The notes beneath the pieces were generated by a model. It saw nothing but the letters and a program-made list of their open reading frames with translations. It did no database searches and was not told the DNA's origin. From a virus (taxonomy: Duplodnaviria > Caudoviricetes), in IMG/VR virus record IMGVR_UViG_3300014204_000122, positions 1 to 64,000 of that record: a stretch of 64,000 nt of DNA; one strand, 5' to 3'. The translations under genes and the position numbers were made by a program. Positions 49,630 through 59,780 of the stretch are shown in pieces. Numbering within the stretch: position 1 is the stretch's first letter; the number at the start of each line of letters is the position of its first letter.

Positions 49630-51192
49630 TTATTTTTTCGATTTTAATAAAGATTTAATAAAATCACCTTCAGATTTAAATACAATTTCGTCAATATCAT
49701 CTATTGCTGCGTTTATATATTCTATTTTTTGTTTAATGCCTTCAAAAATATCTTCTTCTATTGTATCTTTATAAAAAGGAAAATATATTTGTACTTTTTG
49801 TTTTTGACCTATTCTATGTATACGTTTTTCCCCTTGTAAAACCAAATGTGGTGAAAAAGGCAAATCGTTCATTATCATCATTGTGGCTGATGTTAAGGTT
49901 ACACCTTCTGATCCAACTATATAATTACAAATACAAACATCAATAGAACTATTAGATTGAAAGTTTTCAATATTTAATTGTCTTTGTTTTTCTTTAATTC
50001 TTCCATCTAAAGTAACACATTTTTTGCCATAAATTTCTTTTACATAATCTACAATAGCGGTAAAGTTTGTAAAGACAACAACTTTGTGTCCTTGTTCTAT
50101 GCAACTATCCAACATTTCTTTTAAAGATCCATCTTTTATTTTTTCTAAAGCACAAAACATTCTTTTGGCAGCAAGTTTAACAAAACCTTCTCCCGAAAAT
50201 AAATTTTTTTGATAATGTTCTGATTCTGGATTGTTAATATTATCATAAATTTCTTGAAATTTATCATTTACTGCTTTTTCATACGCTTGAAACTGCCTTG
50301 ATGAAAACTCTAAATAATAAGGAATCCTTAATTTACTAGGTAAATCAATAGCCTCGCTTGTCATCCTTCTGAGCATAACATCCTGTGTTCTGTAATGTAA
50401 ATCTTTTAAGTTTGATGCACCACTATAATCCCAGCCAAAATCTGTTTTTTTACCGCCACAATATCTTCTACCAAAATCTGTTTTGTTTTTTCCTAAAGTA
50501 TGTTTACAAATTTTTAATAAATTAAAAAAATCCATTGGTCTATTAGCCATGGGGGTACCTGTTAATAACCAAGTAGTTTTTGTTTTATTTGCAATTTTAC
50601 TAAAAAACTTACTTCTTCGAGATTTAGAATTTTTTACATAATGTGCTTCATCTGCAACACCTAGTTTAAATTTTGCTTTTACAATTTCATTAATGTATTT
50701 ATGAATTTTATCATAATTTATAATAATAACCTTATTATCAACCCATTTGTTATTGATTATGGAAATATTTTTTTCATCCATAAATATAGATAATTCTATT
50801 TTCCAGTTTAATCGAAGTGTTTTAGGGCAAATAATTATTGTTTTTTCATTCTTTTCTACAATAGCCATTACTGTTGATTGTGTCTTCCCAAGCCCACAAT
50901 CGTCAGCTAAAATTCCCTTTAATTTATTTAATAACCAATTAGTTCCAACTTTTTGATGAATATAGGGTGGGCGAATTTTATATTTTCCCCAATCAATTTC
51001 AAAATCTTTTATTTCATCAATTGGTAATAAGGTTTTATTTTTTTGGATAGCTGCGACAGAAACAAGCATTTTTTCTGCCATAGAATTTTGAGTTAGAGTT
51101 AATTCTTCCCCTTCTTCTAATTTTTTTTTTAAAATTTTAAGATATGGATGAGGTCCTTGGTATTTTAAAATTAACTCTGAAATCTTTGACAT
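49630..51192 (-). CDS. SNF2-family DEAH helicase/annealing ATPase
   Basis: LADDCGLGKT, DEAH, LTGTP, EGVTL and Q.EKRIHRIGQ motifs. Confidence 0.92.
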   Translation of the reverse strand: MSKISELILKYQGPHPYLKILKKKLEEGEELTLTQNSMAEKMLVSVAAIQKNKTLLPIDEIKDFEIDWGKYKIRPPYIHQKVGTNWLLNKLKGILADDCGLGKTQSTVMAIVEKNEKTIIICPKTLRLNWKIELSIFMDEKNISIINNKWVDNKVIIINYDKIHKYINEIVKAKFKLGVADEAHYVKNSKSRRSKFFSKIANKTKTTWLLTGTPMANRPMDFFNLLKICKHTLGKNKTDFGRRYCGGKKTDFGWDYSGASNLKDLHYRTQDVMLRRMTSEAIDLPSKLRIPYYLEFSSRQFQAYEKAVNDKFQEIYDNINNPESEHYQKNLFSGEGFVKLAAKRMFCALEKIKDGSLKEMLDSCIEQGHKVVVFTNFTAIVDYVKEIYGKKCVTLDGRIKEKQRQLNIENFQSNSSIDVCICNYIVGSEGVTLTSATMMIMNDLPFSPHLVLQGEKRIHRIGQKQKVQIYFPFYKDTIEEDIFEGIKQKIEYINAAIDDIDEIVFKSEGDFIKSLLKSKK

Positions 51193-51775
51193 ATTCTTTT
51201 ATTTTCTTTAAAAAACTATTGTTTTTCTTATTAAATATGTATAAATATTTTTTTCTCTCTTCTTCTGAGTTAAAAACAATGGTTATAGTGTGAAAATCTT
51301 TAAATTCACTACAAATATAACTTAAATATAGTTCTATATCTTTATCAGTTACTTCTCCATATATTTTACCTGATAATGGTAGGAAAGTAAGATGTAATAT
51401 TTTATAATTAGTAGATTCAAAGTATTTAATTGTTTCTTTTATACTAAATAAAGTTTTGGTTAATAAATTTTGTTTTTTTATTTTATCTGTTATTATTCTT
51501 GAATTAGGTAAAACACTATGAATAATTTTATCTATTTTTAAAATTCCTGAATTTGTTACAACATTATCTCCAAATTTAAAGTTTTCTAACTTATAATCAT
51601 ATTTAATATTATAAATTTCTTTTTTTACCGAAGAACCGGCTTCTTTGTGTACATTAATAAAAGTTTCGTCTCCTGCTAACAGGCTACTTGAGGTCCATAA
51701 AATTAAAATATCTGTTTTGAAATTATTAAAACAGATATCTTGAGTAACAAATTTAAAAGTAGGAGATGATAACAT
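51137..51775 (-). CDS. divergent macrodomain protein
   Basis: QDI...KTD, INVHKEAG, G..VVT.SG.L....IIHSVLP, P.LSG.IYG. Confidence 0.65.
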   Translation of the reverse strand: MLSSPTFKFVTQDICFNNFKTDILILWTSSSLLAGDETFINVHKEAGSSVKKEIYNIKYDYKLENFKFGDNVVTNSGILKIDKIIHSVLPNSRIITDKIKKQNLLTKTLFSIKETIKYFESTNYKILHLTFLPLSGKIYGEVTDKDIELYLSYICSEFKDFHTITIVFNSEEERKKYLYIFNKKNNSFLKKIKEYVKDFRVNFKIPRTSSIS

Positions 51776-51810
51776 TTTTTAATAATAAAATAAGAAAAAA
51801 AAATAAAAAC

Positions 51811-52773
51811 ATGGAACTTGAATCTTTAAAAACATTAAAAAAAACTTGTGAAGAGTGTGGTGAAGTTTTTTATGTTAAAAAATACTTTCCCAATGCAAGA
51901 TATTGTAGTAATGAATGTAGACTAAAACATTTAGGTAAAACTAAAAGAACTATTACTTTAATAACTTTAACATGTGCTCATTGTAATAAAGAGTTTACAG
52001 TAAACTCTGCTAGAAAAAAACAAAAATATTGTTGTAACAATTGTAGATTTTTAGCCAAAAAAATTTATGTAGAGAAAATAAAAAAAATATGTATTGGTTG
52101 TGGTAAAGAATTTGAGGTGCATCCTATTAGAGGAAAACAAAAATATTGTGGAGATAAGTGTAGAATAAAATATCTTAATATTTATCACAAGCGCGAAAAT
52201 AAAGCTTATGTTAAAAATTGTGTTATTTGTGGGAAAACTTTTACTTCATATAATATAAACGCAAAATATTGTTGTTATGGTTGTTTTAAAGATTATTATA
52301 GACCTATTCTTATAGCTAAAGATAAGGCTCGTACTAAACCAAAACCTATTATAACTTGTCAGTGTTGTGGTAAAGAATTTGAAGTTTTAAATTGTAATGC
52401 TAAAAAAACTAAATACTGCAGCAACGAGTGTAGAGTAATTTCTATGAGAAAAAATGCTATTAAAAAGAAAAAACTTAATAGTATATATCATTGCTTAAAT
52501 TGTGGAAAACTTTTTAGTAGTCCTTATCCTAAAAAATATTGCAGTTCTAGGTGTAATCTTAAGGTTAATACTTATAATTTAAAACCATCAAATAAAATTA
52601 AAAAAATTTGCAAAAATGAATTTTGTAAAAAAGAATTTTATGTAAAAGGTCACGATATAAAAAGAAAATTTTGTTGTTATGAATGTCATACTTATTTTAT
52701 GTCAAAAAAATATAAAGAAGATTTATTAAAATTGGACAATAAACAAAGTATTCTTAAAATTTGGAGTTTATAA
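51811..52773 (+). CDS. multi-zinc-finger repeat protein (CxxCGKxF...YCSxxC, about seven units)
   Basis: Repeated treble-clef-like units; no HNH seen; start at 51811 preferred. Confidence 0.75.
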   Translation: MELESLKTLKKTCEECGEVFYVKKYFPNARYCSNECRLKHLGKTKRTITLITLTCAHCNKEFTVNSARKKQKYCCNNCRFLAKKIYVEKIKKICIGCGKEFEVHPIRGKQKYCGDKCRIKYLNIYHKRENKAYVKNCVICGKTFTSYNINAKYCCYGCFKDYYRPILIAKDKARTKPKPIITCQCCGKEFEVLNCNAKKTKYCSNECRVISMRKNAIKKKKLNSIYHCLNCGKLFSSPYPKKYCSSRCNLKVNTYNLKPSNKIKKICKNEFCKKEFYVKGHDIKRKFCCYECHTYFMSKKYKEDLLKLDNKQSILKIWSL

Positions 52774-52804
52774 TTAAAAATTTATATTTAAAAAAAATAT
52801 TTAA

Positions 52805-53245
52805 ATGAAATTAATTTTACTAGAAACTTATAGTTTTAGAAATAATATTGTAAAATATATTTTATCAAAGGATAGAAACTATTTTATATATAAGAAAGCT
52901 TTAAGTTTAGCTAAAAGTAGAGGAGTTGACATTTTCAAAAATAAAGAATTAGCTTATTATATACTGGAAGATGAAGAAGTTATAGCTGGTTTATTTATAT
53001 CTGATAATTTAACAGATTTCGGATTTGATATAGTTGTAGATAAGGAATATGAAAACCAGGGTATTGGAAAAGAATTAACAAAAAAAGCTTTAGAAATTTA
53101 TAAAAATTTAAAATTAATATATGGTGATGATTATTTTTTAGATGTTGAAGTTATTAGTCCTAAATATAAAGATATTTTAACTAAAAATTTTAATTTAAAA
53201 ATTAAACAGGATTTAAAAGATTCAAAATGGATTATGACGGAGTAA
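52805..53245 (+). CDS. GNAT acetyltransferase
   Basis: DIVVDKEYENQGIGKEL acetyl-CoA-binding motif; MKLILLE start. Confidence 0.8.
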   Translation: MKLILLETYSFRNNIVKYILSKDRNYFIYKKALSLAKSRGVDIFKNKELAYYILEDEEVIAGLFISDNLTDFGFDIVVDKEYENQGIGKELTKKALEIYKNLKLIYGDDYFLDVEVISPKYKDILTKNFNLKIKQDLKDSKWIMTE

Positions 53246-53311
53246 TAGTATTAATCAAAAATAATGCTTTAAATCAAAGAAAAATGCACAAAAACATTAA
53301 ATAAATACGTA

Positions 53312-53740
53312 ATGAAGATCGGAATAAAAACATTAATTGAAAAATTACAAAAACTATCGGGTAAAAAAGTTATACTAGAAAGATTTTCTGATGAAGAAAT
53401 TGGTCATTTTATTGATCAAACAATAACAATCAAGGGCGACAAAATAACTTATAAAGGTAATCTTACTTATAAAACATTTGAAATTTTAGCAAATAAATAT
53501 AGTAATTATACTCTTGATGTAATTGGAAATGTTTATATATTTAATAGAGGATACAAAGAAATGCCTATACAGTTTGGCGAAGTAACTGGAGATTTTAAAT
53601 GTTATAATAATAAACTAACCTCATTGAAAAATTTTCCTATAGAAGTGGGTGGAAAAATTGATTGTTCTGGAAATTTAAAAAAATTTTCTGAAAAGGATAT
53701 TAAAAAAATATGTAATGTTAAAGGAGAAATATGGAATTAA
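53312..53740 (+). CDS. LIEKLEK-leader family protein with LRR-like repeat
   Basis: TLIEKLQKLSGKKVILE leader; NNKLTSLKNFP.EVGG..DCS. Confidence 0.8.
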   Translation: MKIGIKTLIEKLQKLSGKKVILERFSDEEIGHFIDQTITIKGDKITYKGNLTYKTFEILANKYSNYTLDVIGNVYIFNRGYKEMPIQFGEVTGDFKCYNNKLTSLKNFPIEVGGKIDCSGNLKKFSEKDIKKICNVKGEIWN

Positions 53741-55809
53741 CCATATATCTTACCAATAATATCTGATTCTAAATACTTAACTTCAAAAATTCCATTTGGA
53801 TATCCCTTAATTATATTATTAGTAGATACCATTTCATATTTATTTCTATGTCCCTTTATAGGTGTTGGAATTATGTCAGGATATAATCCAATTTCAATAG
53901 GTTGATAAACTCTTCTTGTCGCAGGGTCTGTATTATCTTCACCTAGACCTATAATATTATAAATTTTTAATTCTGCTACATTTATTACTCCACTTACTTC
54001 TTGTAAAACAGTTGTTATATTAGACAAATATATAGGTTGATTCATTTGCCAATTTTTAACATCGAAATATTCTTGTAATCTTTTTAAACAATCTATCAGT
54101 ATTTGTTGTTGATTGTTAGAATCCGCAAAAATAGTAAACTCAACTTGTATGTTATATATATCTCCATCAACAATATCTATCCAATCTCCAATAACTCTTT
54201 TATCTATTAAATAATTTTTAATATTTTCTTTTAATAATTGATTTGGAGAAACCCATATTCCATTTGCGTTTTTTTGTTTAGTAGTTAAATAACCATCTTC
54301 ATTTCTACTTAAAATATATAATATTCCCTTTTCTCCTAACCATAAGTTTGGATCAAGAGTTAAAATATCAGTTGTTGTTTGATCTATTTGATAGTTTCTA
54401 AAATAGCTTTCTATTTGATTTGCAATTATTAATCTATTTGCTTGTGTTGTTGCATTTACAAGTTGATTTGTTAATTCTAATACAGTATTTTCGACATCTT
54501 TCATGTTTGCTACCTTAGGCCCAAACAAATCATAAGATACTCTAAAAGGTTGTCCATATTTAGGAGGCATCATTTGTATCATGGCTTTGATATCTTCAGG
54601 TGTAACCCCTCTATCTTGCGCTGCAAAAGTTTGACCTGATATTTCTCTGATTTCCTCAATAGAAGGAATATCTCTACCTCCAGTGGCTGCTGTTAAATTA
54701 TTAACTTTAAAAGATCCTCTAACTTTAGAAAGTTTTGTTAAATCAAGAGAAGAATCTGGTAAACTAAACTCTTTTGAGGTTATCAAAGTTATAGTTTCTT
54801 CTGATACGTTTGTACTTAGACCTCCTCCAACTCTATATTTAATAAAAACAGTACTGTTGATTGGAGGTAAAAAACCTAAATTAACATCATCGTGAACATT
54901 ATTAAAATATTCATCAGCTGTTACAGGTGAATAAATTGCCTCAGGAATATCTTCTGTAGATTGATTTCCAAAAGTTATTGTAACTATATTATTTACATCT
55001 CTTCTTACTATAAATCTTTTAGGTATATCTACCCACTCTCCTTGTTTTATAGTTGAAGAATTTACATTTGTTTCAAAAAAAGCTTTAGATTGAGTTAAAG
55101 CTCTCACTTGATAATATGCATTATTATAATCTATAAAATCATAATCAGCTGGGGCTACTGTTTGATTTCCAGGAACAACAACTATTCCTACAATTTCTGT
55201 AATATCTCTATCATCTAAAACAAAAGATAAAAAAGGTTTATGAAGATTTTCACTAACATAAAAATTTTGTATTTTTGTTTCTCCTGATTTGGCAAAAACC
55301 TCTTTAGTTACAGTATAATCTATAACTTGATTATTTCCATCTAAGTTAGGTAAAACAACTCTATCTTGTTCTGAAGTAAAATTAATAACATCGGGTACTT
55401 CGAAAAAAACACCTGAATTAGATTTTAGTCTTGCACCTGCATTAATTATTGGTAAGTATTTATAATCAGGTGTAATTATTCCATCTGTCGAAACATAAGG
55501 TATACGAACACTTATATTAACATATACAGAAGAACTAACAGTCCCAGTGTTATAAAAACCTAAATTGTTTGCTATTCTAACAAGAGATTCTGCAGCTTGT
55601 GCTGTAGTTCTAAAATTTTCATTAAAAGATTTATCAATATAATAAGATAGCATATCTCCTACATATGCACACATTTCAAGATACATTATATCTGGATTTG
55701 CATCATTAAAGAAAATTATTTTATCAGAGTGATATGTTTTAGCCCAATTTACAAGGTCGCTTTTTAAACTTGTAAAATCTCTGTTTAAGTAATTAATAGC
55801 TGGTTGCAT
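53737..55809 (-). CDS. baseplate wedge protein (T4 gp6/baseplate J-like)
   Basis: YLNRDFTSLK...AYVGDMLSYYID, YRVGGG, ATGGRD, FAAQDRGVT.ED. Confidence 0.9.
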   Translation of the reverse strand: MQPAINYLNRDFTSLKSDLVNWAKTYHSDKIIFFNDANPDIMYLEMCAYVGDMLSYYIDKSFNENFRTTAQAAESLVRIANNLGFYNTGTVSSSVYVNISVRIPYVSTDGIITPDYKYLPIINAGARLKSNSGVFFEVPDVINFTSEQDRVVLPNLDGNNQVIDYTVTKEVFAKSGETKIQNFYVSENLHKPFLSFVLDDRDITEIVGIVVVPGNQTVAPADYDFIDYNNAYYQVRALTQSKAFFETNVNSSTIKQGEWVDIPKRFIVRRDVNNIVTITFGNQSTEDIPEAIYSPVTADEYFNNVHDDVNLGFLPPINSTVFIKYRVGGGLSTNVSEETITLITSKEFSLPDSSLDLTKLSKVRGSFKVNNLTAATGGRDIPSIEEIREISGQTFAAQDRGVTPEDIKAMIQMMPPKYGQPFRVSYDLFGPKVANMKDVENTVLELTNQLVNATTQANRLIIANQIESYFRNYQIDQTTTDILTLDPNLWLGEKGILYILSRNEDGYLTTKQKNANGIWVSPNQLLKENIKNYLIDKRVIGDWIDIVDGDIYNIQVEFTIFADSNNQQQILIDCLKRLQEYFDVKNWQMNQPIYLSNITTVLQEVSGVINVAELKIYNIIGLGEDNTDPATRRVYQPIEIGLYPDIIPTPIKGHRNKYEMVSTNNIIKGYPNGIFEVKYLESDIIGKIYG

Positions 55810-55814
55810 TTTAT

Positions 55815-57539
55815 TTATCCTTCTTTTGTTATTATTTTGTTGCCCACTTTACATATTTTTTTAATTTCTTCTTCTTTAAATTGTACATTATTGCTATAAC
55901 ATATTAAACTTCCTTCAACTTCTTTAGGAAATTCTTTTAAAGATGCTAATTTATTATTAGAACAATCAAAGTTACCTCTAATAATTTTAGGACAGTTTTC
56001 TAAAGATATTAATTGATTATTAGAACAATCAAAATTATCTCTAATATAAACAAAATTTAAAGGTATTTTTGTTAATCCTGCTTTGGAAATATTTACATTA
56101 CCTTCAACACTAAATTCAAAATCACTATATTCTTTTGTTAATATTTTTAAACTTTTTATATCTATATCAGATTCATACATTATTTTAGATTTATCTAAAA
56201 AAGTAATATAGGTATCTAATATTGTTTTTTTATGCTGACTTTTCTGTTGATTAGATCCTTGCGTCCAACCTAGAGGTTTAAATGCAATATTTCTATCTAG
56301 TATATTTAATAATATAAAATTTATATTATCCATTATAGATTTTTTAGTTGCTTGATTAGTATTACCACTTCCTAATAAATCTGCTAATTTTTTTTGAAAA
56401 TATACATTATTATAAGTTTGGTGAGCTTCTCCTGGTTTTAAAGTACGAAAAATTACTTCTTCCTTAAAAGATTTTCTTAATAAATTAACACTATCAACAA
56501 TTTTTTGAATTTTTGCCAAAGGCATTTTATTTCGATACAAACTAGTTAAATCTAAATTATAAATAGGAGAACTTTTTCTCATATCATCTGTAAAATTTCG
56601 AATAGTTAAATTATCTAATTGATCATCATCAACTATACCACTTTTCATTTCTTTTACAACTGTTTCATAATCAGGTAAATGTGCTGATTGCCAAGCTCTT
56701 TCAAAATCTTGAAGAAATTTAGGTGTATAAAAAATACCAGCTCTTTGGTGTTGCTTAATAAAAGTTATAAGTCTAAGGTAAGTATCTTCTCTGATTTTTC
56801 TTTTTACGTTTTTACTATTTCTTAAATAATTTAAAACCTGTATTGTTGTTTTCGCAGCTTTTCTTATATCTGCAGTTTCTGTTGTTGAGCTTCCAGAAGA
56901 ATAAGATAAATTTCCTAATATTTCTTGTAAATAAGCTTTTAATAATAGGTTATATTCTTTATTCTTTCTTTGTTTTTTCTTTGATCCTGTTGCGGCATCT
57001 AAATAGATCATCCATTCACCATTAGAAGCTTGAAATCTATATTGTGCAAAAAATACTCTTGCATTTTTATATCTAATAAATTTTTCTTTTTGTGCACCCG
57101 TTTCACTAAAATCTTTTTTAAATTTAATTACAACACCTACTTTATCATTATCTCTTTTTTCAAAACCCATAAAACTAACTACATATTCGTTAGTTTTTAT
57201 ATCTTTAAAAAAAAACTCTGGTTGTTCTAAAACCCAACGTTGTAAATCTGGTGTGCTTTTAGCAGCTATTTGATCCATTTTTTTTAATTGTAGTGAATCA
57301 AGACTGTCATAAGGGTCTGTAGCTTCTAATATAATTTTTTTATTTACTTTGTTTTCTAATAAAGTAATTAAATTTTTAAGATTAATACTTTCTTCAATAA
57401 AATCTTTTAATTGTTCAATAGACATTTTTTCAGCAGTATTTTTTATATTATCATCTACTTCAGAACTAGAAATTTTACCTAATTTATATCCGTATACTAA
57501 TTTCATAAAAGCTAATTGCTTTTCACTTACACTAGGCAT
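55815..57539 (-). CDS. LIEKLEK-leader family protein: DUF3008-like N-terminus, unique core, LRR-like C-terminus
   Basis: MPSVSEKQLAFM...MS.EQLKDF; LITLLENKVNKKIILE; C-terminal NNQLISLENCP repeats. Confidence 0.75.
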   Translation of the reverse strand: MPSVSEKQLAFMKLVYGYKLGKISSSEVDDNIKNTAEKMSIEQLKDFIEESINLKNLITLLENKVNKKIILEATDPYDSLDSLQLKKMDQIAAKSTPDLQRWVLEQPEFFFKDIKTNEYVVSFMGFEKRDNDKVGVVIKFKKDFSETGAQKEKFIRYKNARVFFAQYRFQASNGEWMIYLDAATGSKKKQRKNKEYNLLLKAYLQEILGNLSYSSGSSTTETADIRKAAKTTIQVLNYLRNSKNVKRKIREDTYLRLITFIKQHQRAGIFYTPKFLQDFERAWQSAHLPDYETVVKEMKSGIVDDDQLDNLTIRNFTDDMRKSSPIYNLDLTSLYRNKMPLAKIQKIVDSVNLLRKSFKEEVIFRTLKPGEAHQTYNNVYFQKKLADLLGSGNTNQATKKSIMDNINFILLNILDRNIAFKPLGWTQGSNQQKSQHKKTILDTYITFLDKSKIMYESDIDIKSLKILTKEYSDFEFSVEGNVNISKAGLTKIPLNFVYIRDNFDCSNNQLISLENCPKIIRGNFDCSNNKLASLKEFPKEVEGSLICYSNNVQFKEEEIKKICKVGNKIITKEG

Positions 57540-58140
57540 TATCTAAATCCTCCTCTTTTATTAAAGTAAAAGAAAATTTATTACCCCAAATTTCTTTAGA
57601 GTTTTTACATATTGTCATGAATTCTTTAAAATTAACAGAACTTGCAATAACCATACAACCAGCAGACCATTTTCCAACTACTGTACTTTCTCCTTTTTCG
57701 TTTGCTCTATGTATATCAGTATATCCTATTTCTGTAACAATAGAATTAATATCAAAATCAAATTGATTATCTTTATCTCTATCTCTATAATAATCCATAG
57801 CTTTACATTGACGAAGTGCTTCATATTCTTTATGAAGTCCTATTTCGTAACATTTTTTATATTGATTAGGTACCATAATTGCTGTACCTTTGACATTCAT
57901 AGGGTTTTGTAAATAATATAATCCAGGATCGGTTGTTGCATTATAAAGTTTTAAGTTCCAAACTCCTTTGTATTTCCAAATTAAACAAATAAGATCGTTA
58001 AATGTATTAGGTTTTAAATCACTACTTCTAATACCTATTATATTTAAATTATAATCCTTTTCATCTTTTTCAAAAAAATCATATTTTTTTTTTAAAAATA
58101 CATTTTTTATTTTTTCTATAGTAACTTTATTTTTATTCAT
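57532..58140 (-). CDS. putative peptidoglycan-active enzyme (L,D-transpeptidase/YkuD-like endolysin)
   Basis: LNIIGIR, ATTDPG, and IHRA...WSAGC His/Cys arrangement. Confidence 0.65.
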   Translation of the reverse strand: MNKNKVTIEKIKNVFLKKKYDFFEKDEKDYNLNIIGIRSSDLKPNTFNDLICLIWKYKGVWNLKLYNATTDPGLYYLQNPMNVKGTAIMVPNQYKKCYEIGLHKEYEALRQCKAMDYYRDRDKDNQFDFDINSIVTEIGYTDIHRANEKGESTVVGKWSAGCMVIASSVNFKEFMTICKNSKEIWGNKFSFTLIKEEDLDNA

Positions 58141-58395
58141 TTATTCACTTTCATTAGAAGTTATAAATTTAGAAAATTCTTCATATAAAAAATTAATATC
58201 TTGATTATTAAAATTTTTGTCTTTATATTTTATAACAAAATCACCTTTTTTATTTTTTTTAACGTTATTTAAATAATATTCATATATAGATTGAAAGCTT
58301 TGAAATTCTTTAGTTGATAAAGGTAAAATTTTATTGTCAGCTACAGCCATAAGACCTGTATTAGTCTCTTCATTTATTTTCTTTATTTCTTTCAT
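58141..58395 (-). CDS. hypothetical protein
   Basis: 84 aa ORF preceded by ATATTTA. Confidence 0.6.
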   Translation of the reverse strand: MKEIKKINEETNTGLMAVADNKILPLSTKEFQSFQSIYEYYLNNVKKNKKGDFVIKYKDKNFNNQDINFLYEEFSKFITSNESE

Positions 58396-58437
58396 TACAA
58401 TATTTTTATCTTTAAATATAACTTTTTAGACTGTTTT

Positions 58438-58827
58438 TTAAACAATAAGAGATAAAGATTCTAATTCCTTTCCTGGAAGGGCAAAACTAATTTCTATATA
58501 AAGTGTAGGTACTTTTAAATCTTCATCTATTTTTTGAGTTATTTCTATAGTAGGAAATGAAATACCACTAAAATATTCATTTAATTCTTGCTTAACCTCA
58601 TCTTGGATTATATATAAAGCTTCTTTTTGTATAAGAGTATGTTTGAAATCTGCTACAACACTACCTATTGTATTTCCTCTTCTTTGGTATTTTTTTGTAA
58701 GAAGAAAGGCACGAATTGCAGATTTTACTGTATCGTTTACATTTTCAGTTCTTTTTAAATAAACTTGATTTTCTTCCTCAGATTCATCAAAAGGAAACAA
58801 AACTGAACCATATTGTTTTTTAGCCAT
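58438..58827 (-). CDS. baseplate wedge protein, gp25-like
   Basis: G..FPF, VKSAI..FLLT.K..R.....GS. Confidence 0.8.
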   Translation of the reverse strand: MAKKQYGSVLFPFDESEEENQVYLKRTENVNDTVKSAIRAFLLTKKYQRRGNTIGSVVADFKHTLIQKEALYIIQDEVKQELNEYFSGISFPTIEITQKIDEDLKVPTLYIEISFALPGKELESLSLIV

Positions 58828-58859
58828 TATTTTAACTTAAATATATTTTTTCAAATAAA

Positions 58860-59780
58860 TTAATTAATTTTAATATACATACTTTTTCCTGAACCTGGGA
58901 TTTTTAATTTAGTTAAACTTATAGCTGTTTGAGCAACTGCAGCTGTTAATGCAACAACAGATGGATTAGGTGCTATATCATATCCAGGAATAGGTAAAAC
59001 AATTTTGCCAGGAAGAGATAATATAGTTGCTATCTGACTTAATAAATTTTGAATTTGTGTTAAATGATCAAATAAAGGATCTGCAAAAACAGGTCTATGT
59101 TCTTTTGTAGAATTTGATGATAAAATATCAATATTTTTTCCTTTTAACTCTATTAGTTTTGAAAGAATTAATTTAGCTTCATCTAATTTACCTTCATCTT
59201 GAATTAAGATAGTAGATTTTTCTTCAAATAATAATTTATTGTTTGATTTTCCTTTAACTCCTACCAGAAAATTAATAGTTGATTTTTTATTAACAATTTT
59301 ATTTCCTTTTCTATTAGGATAATGTTCTCTTATAATTTCAAAATTTTCTTCAATTAATTTCCAAGCTTTTTCACCCTCTTCTTCTGGTTTTAATTCCGAA
59401 AATATATTTTTTTTATAAATTTGTTTTATAGGAGTAAACCATATTCTTCCTCCAAAAGGAGTAGAAGAATCAAGTAAAGCAACTAAAACTACACTATTAA
59501 CTTCTGGAGTTTCTATAAACCTACCTAAGGCGGGAATACACCACGGTAGTTTATCATCACCTTGTTTTTCATCTAATTGTGCATTTTTATTATAATATAA
59601 ACTATCATCAAGCAATGGTATTCTTACTTGAATTCTATTAGCGTTTTTATTATCTGTAACATTACGAACTTGTCCTAAATAAAAAGTTCCAAGCGGTGTT
59701 GTATTTCTTTCTACACGATTATCTACAATAGCACTTGCGATTAATTCTCTAGGGTTAGCTATCCGTATTCTGTCTTTCAT
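58860..59780 (-). CDS. baseplate spike protein (gp5/VgrG N-terminal OB fold)
   Basis: GQV..V.D.....RIQVRIP...LPWCIP...PEV.S.VLV; next to the gp25-like gene. Confidence 0.75.
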   Translation of the reverse strand: MKDRIRIANPRELIASAIVDNRVERNTTPLGTFYLGQVRNVTDNKNANRIQVRIPLLDDSLYYNKNAQLDEKQGDDKLPWCIPALGRFIETPEVNSVVLVALLDSSTPFGGRIWFTPIKQIYKKNIFSELKPEEEGEKAWKLIEENFEIIREHYPNRKGNKIVNKKSTINFLVGVKGKSNNKLLFEEKSTILIQDEGKLDEAKLILSKLIELKGKNIDILSSNSTKEHRPVFADPLFDHLTQIQNLLSQIATILSLPGKIVLPIPGYDIAPNPSVVALTAAVAQTAISLTKLKIPGSGKSMYIKIN

